This document shows, piece after piece, positions 59,166 through 64,000 of a stretch of 64,000 bases of DNA. The stretch comes from Microbotryum violaceum (Eukaryota): positions 310,001 through 374,000 of the forward strand of contig CDLV01000008.1 of the NCBI GenBank assembly GCA_001244265.2. Direction: 5' to 3'. Both the position numbers and the translations under genes were made by a program. Each line of letters starts with the position of its first letter. The first letter of the stretch is position 1. The notes beneath the pieces are model-generated. The model was not told the origin of the DNA. It saw only the letters and a list, made by a program, of their open reading frames with translations, and searched no databases.

Positions 59166-62100
59166 ATGGGCGACGACCCACCGCCGTCTTCGTCGTGCTC
59201 CTCCTCTTCGCGTTATCCGGGATCGTCGCTGTCGTCACGACCGTCCTATAGCGACGATCGCGCCGGTTCATCCACCATCACCACCGCAAGCGCTAGCTCA
59301 AGCGCCAGTGGAACCCCGCGTCGACGCGGCGGAGGCGACACGACCCCGACTACGGCCACGTTGATGACGACCGCGGGCACCAAACTCAATAGCCCAGGTT
59401 TAGCGAGTGCTTTCCGTAGCTCGCCCACGGCTTCTTCATCGTTGGCCTCGCCAAGGACTCCCGGGGCGAGGGCTTCACTGGCTCAATCGTACCAGTCGAG
59501 CTTCAACACGTCGTCGTCTTCTCAGGGTGCCGACCGAGCTTCGCCGGTCACCGAATCGACCACACGACGGCGAACAGCATCCACGTCCCATAGTCCGGGT
59601 ACAACAGGGAGCAGGGGTACGAGGGGTGACTACGCTACCACGTCGACCTCGTCGGTTCACCACACACCTTCCCCTTCGAGGTCGTCGGCGAATCCGGGCT
59701 CGGCGGATACATCGCCGAATGAGCGGTACGACTTTCCTTCGCTCGTCACGACGAGTCCACCCATGGGCTTGCACAAAGCGTCTCCGGTCGTAAGTGGCAC
59801 TTCGTCACCCCGATCAAGCCCACGGGTGCGTACAACGTCCAAAGTGTCGCCCTCGGCATCGATGACCGCCGCGCAAGAAACCCGATCAAGAGCCAGTCTC
59901 GGGTCCAGCTTCGCGTTGAGGAAGGGACCTTCACCACCGCCTTCGGTGAGGTCGAGTCCGTCCGGTAGTTCGACCTCCGTTCGTCGTAAACCACCACCTT
60001 TGACGATCGAGTCGGGATCGCCAAGATTATTGCGGACCAAGGCTCAAGTGATTACACGGGCCGACTCGTCCGACAGCTCCGACGTGGAGCCCTCGATGTC
60101 GGCTTCTGCGGCGCGAGGCTCGACGACAAGAAGGACACGCGAGGGTTCGATCGGGATCGACGATTACGCCAACTGGTCGATGCCACCTGCAACGGGGACG
60201 CGTGGCTCGGTCATCTCGACACCGGTGCGACCCCAACCGTCAACGTCAACGGGTGCCGCTCGGCCGCCACCACCGTCTGAATCGCATTCGTTCGCGAGCC
60301 CGGGTACCCGTGCCGAGGAGAGGGATACACTGTCCGGTATGGGCTACCATGGTGGTAACCGTCCCGAAGCATCAACCTCGGGTCTCGCGTTCCCTTCCGC
60401 CTCGTCGTTCGCTGGATCTGCCTCGACAGCTGGGAGTGATCCCGGCCTCGGTCTTTCGAGCTCTTTCTCAACGTCTCGTCTCGGTGCGGACTCCTCGACC
60501 GGCCACTCGACATCATACACCAGTACATCGTTCGAGGCCACACCCTCCTCGACCTTATCACGGCGCCGAGATTCCTCATCCTCGACCTTGGCGTTCGATG
60601 CGTCGAGGAGCTCAAGCAGCATCAGCGGACCCGAAAGCCCCGTCACGGATCGGAGGCAACTGATTGGGCTCGGGGAGCTGGCGACGCCTAGATGGACCAG
60701 TGAAGCTTCGGAGAGGAGGTGGGGCTCGATGGATGAGGATCAGACCATGAGAGATATGGAGTACTTGTCGTTGAGTGTTCCCAGGGAGCCGATGGTACGT
60801 TAGTTTGTGTACGACGCCCGAAGCTTTGTGGAAGACTGTCAGCTGAACTCGCATCTCGCGCAGCCCGAATCCCCTTGGCAGCTCTCCTTGCACTCAGCAG
60901 TAGCGGATCGGCAACCACTCGCAAACTCACAACCCTCTATTCCCGCGAGCGCACGCTCGAGCTCGTTCCCGGCCCAGCCAATGCATCCGACGACGCTTTT
61001 CCCCTCCACGGCTGGCGGGTCCAACTCGGGGGCAGGGACACCCGTTGATACTAGAGCTATTGACGATGCGAGGTTGAGCAAGGCATTGGCCGACGTGTCG
61101 TTGAAGGGCACCATCTCTTCGTCACCTCGTGTGCGCAGCACGCCCACGACTTCCTCCATCACGCGACAAGAAGCACCTGGTGCCGCCCGATCGAACGACT
61201 CAGAGGTGCCGGCGTCAAGCGCATCCACCTCGGGCGTATCGTGGCCCAGAAGTGAGCCCTTCGTGGGTCTCGGTCTCGACTATGAGAGCGGCGGAACACC
61301 CGGTCGGGGTGCGGGCGAGGTGGATGAGCAGGATACGCTGCGTCGAAGGACCTCGCCGAGTGGTCCACGAACGAGCAGTATCGGGGCTAAGACCTCGTCA
61401 TCGTCCGCTGAAGGTAAATCGCCGTTGCTCTCTTCCACACCTCGGTCGAACACCACCCATCGACGGTCCTTGACAGGAAAGAGTGGCGCGTTCTCGCATC
61501 TACCGCCTTCACCCGCTGCGTCGACGGCCGCACACGCCTTGGCCGCTTCTACCACATCTACTTCCGCGCCTCCTCCTCCGGCGCCTCCATCCGCTTCGGC
61601 GTCCACTACCACCGCAAGCTCCGGATCGACGACATCGAGTCACCAGACCGCACCCCAAACGACCCCTGGGCGCCCCACGGACCGCCTCTCGCACCAGTCG
61701 CTTAGCTCTTACCATGCGTCCCCTTCGATGGTCGCCGCCTCGATCCTCCGGCAAACGCAGAAAGCGGATCTTGGGCGGTTCGATATGCACGAAGCCGCTG
61801 CGGCAGACGAAGGTACGGCCGAAGCTCTACGCAAGCTCGATGGGCTGTGCTCGCCTAGGGTGTCGCGCGTCTTATCGGCCAAAGACATCGGTAAGGGCGT
61901 GCCGTCGGGATCCAGCTCGAGCGGACAGCGCAGTCGACAGAATAGTTTGAGTCGGCGCAATTCGGAAGAGCTGAGGATCAAGCGAAGGACACGCAACAGT
62001 ATTGCTGGAGCGCTGGCGAAGGAAGCCGAGAATGAGTCGTTACGAGGCGTTGATGCAGAGCTGCTCTCGACGCATCCGAGCAGCGAGGCGGGGACGACTC

Positions 62101-64000
62101 CTACACCCGCAGTCCCGTCGCCTTCGAGCTTCGCTCACACTTCTTCGATGGCCGCCTTGGAGGCACCTCGATCGCCTTTGGTCGCCAGTTCGGGTGCTCC
62201 GGAGGTCTCGAGTGCTAGAACAGGCAATAGTGTATCGCCCGCGGCCGTCGCGACCCATGCCTGGCCCTCTCCAGCCACGTTACGGACGCCGTCACATGTT
62301 TCAACCCATTACGATGTACCCTTTCCAAGCTCGAGCCCAGTCAACCGTGGCTCTTCGTCCTCGACGACAGGCGGCACCTTCACTTCGCACGAGTCTACAT
62401 CGGCGGCCTCACTGTCGAGCTATTCGCTCGCGACCACGGCGCCTCGCTCGAGCTCATCCAAGAACCGACGCAGTAGCATGAGCAGCGACGTTTCGTCGGT
62501 CCCTAGCGTCACTGGAGAGGGTGGTGACGCGCGAGAGAGTGCCAGCGAGAACGACACGATGCGATATATACCCCCCGTACCGCCCTTGCCAAAGGACTTT
62601 GAGCTGTACCATCGGTCGCCCAACGCCTTCACTACGACTTCGAGCGTGCAAAACTCGCCTCGGGCCGAAGCACCACCGGCACCAGCTCCGAACTCGATCC
62701 GCCCCTCGGAAAGCACGCATCTGCTTAGCCCGGGCCCGGGACATCTCGAGTTTCCTACGAGCTCGAGGACCAGTACGGGCATGAGCCCCACAAGCCCTAA
62801 AATGCAGCCGCCCCCGCAGCCTCGCAAGTGGAGCCTTTCGAACGCATTCAGCAAAGCTACGATGAAAGGTTCGAAAACCTCGGGGGTCAAGGAGTCGAAC
62901 TCGTTCACGGACCTGGCCGCTGCCAGTATCCGCAGTCGCAAGACGTCGACGACGAGCCGAATTTTGGAATCGGGCTTGCCCCGACGGATGGCGTCGTCGT
63001 CGAACGACATCGTGGGGCTCGCAGCCAGCACCAGCGGACCCAACTTGGCCCAACCCCCGCCTGCTCCTAGCCAGGGCTCGTTCGGTCGATCGAGCCGACA
63101 TCTCGCTGCGATTGTCACATCTCGCCAAAGGACCGTCAGCCAGAGTAGCAGCTCGATCCGGTCAAGTGTGAGCGTTGCAAACCCTTCGGTCATCGCGACC
63201 AGTCCCGGTCGATCCCGGTCCAGTCTGCTTAGCCCTCGGCGGACACCTTCCGGGATCCCCTTCTTCTCCAAGAGCTCTGATCAGGCCCCTGGCTCGGCCA
63301 CGACACCTTCTCCCAACTCGGAGCAGTCGCCACGCACGAGCACACCCCCCTCGAGCAAGAGTGCCGGTCGTAAGTCGATCCTCGGTCTTCGCTTTTTGCG
63401 CAAGGACAAGGATCGTGACGCGAAGAAGGACAGCAAGAGTCCAGCGTCGTCTCCGCTTTCAAATGCCACGTCTAGACGCGGCAGCACCGCTTCCTCGGTA
63501 TTTGCGTCGGCATTCGACGAACCAAGGGTCACGGATGAGTTTGGTCGTCCGACCAGCATCGCCTCGACGTTGGCGAAATCGACCAGCACGGGTCCACGAA
63601 AGCGAGGCAACGTGAGTAAAGTCTCTTGTCGTCTTCCACTTTGAACTGAGCTGATTCGACTTGTCCTACCTTTCGAGAAGCAGACGCTCAGCATCGTCAA
63701 CAACAGCAAGTCTGCCGAGCGTGTCTCGAGGACACAGGCACAGCTACCACCACTTCACGTTCCTGCCCTGTCGGCCACCACTGCTCGACGAATCGATTCT
63801 TTGAGCTCCGTTTCGTCGACCTCGTCTGCATCCAAGACGGGAGCGCTCGCCCGCGTACCTGTACCCACAAATCGGATAAGCAAGTTGCAGGATTCAGTCA
63901 AGGCCAATCTGCCGCCCATCGTCGGTTCTCCCTCCTCGCATGCGGTGCCGTCCGTCTCACGCACCTCGTCAAGCTCGCAAAGATATCAGCAGCACGAGCA
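59166..64000 (+). CDS. Very long Ser/Thr/Pro-rich disordered protein, 5' part only; folded domain presumably beyond the window
   Basis: Two long ORFs (552 and 945 aa) joined by a GTACGT...CAG intron near 60796-60863, and a further GTGAGT intron near 63612. Motifs IPPVPPLPKD, RKWSL, RRTPSGIPFF. No recognisable catalytic domain within the window. Confidence 0.75.

Noticed and set aside
1-64000. tRNA, rRNA, CRISPR arrays, operons, alternative genetic code
   Set aside because: I found no cloverleaf, rRNA-like or regularly spaced repeat-spacer pattern. TAG ends several intact genes (GST, GH15, PEX8, CCR4, KduD), so the single in-frame TAG is not codon reassignment.

Overview
This is eukaryotic nuclear DNA from an intron-rich fungus. 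The short GT-AG introns (donors GTGAGT, GTACGT, GTCAGT, GTGCGT, GTCCGT), high GC content and gene content point to a basidiomycete, probably Pucciniomycotina/Microbotryomycetes (inference). The prokaryote-style ORF track fragments the genes, so I rebuilt about 21 spliced gene models by hand. In order they are: Rds1/ferritin-like secreted protein (with an in-frame TAG), COX24/mS38, a KDEL-ending PDI, a hypothetical membrane protein, CBP3, omega-class GST (ECM4-like), GH15 hydrolase, RPL17, HRI1 (apparent 1-nt frameshift), a beta-helix protein, GPI3/SPT14, a multicopper oxidase, a Pho4-like bHLH factor, PEX8-like, ARE sterol acyltransferase, CCR4, ATP10, TPT1, STT3, a KduD-like SDR and a long Ser-rich protein that runs off the window. 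Two gene-poor accessory tracts (~1.1-4.8 kb and ~19.9-28.2 kb) hold three long fold-back inverted repeats and an LTR-like remnant with a polypurine tract. The best leads are (i) an AUG-less mitochondrial-presequence-like extension of the GST, with a CUG in strong context; (ii) a dual-frame exon in the beta-helix gene that separates its signal peptide from its domain; (iii) the fold-back elements; and (iv) single-nucleotide lesions in three genes. I could not support any tRNA, rRNA or CRISPR array. All identifications come from motif recognition by eye, not database searches.
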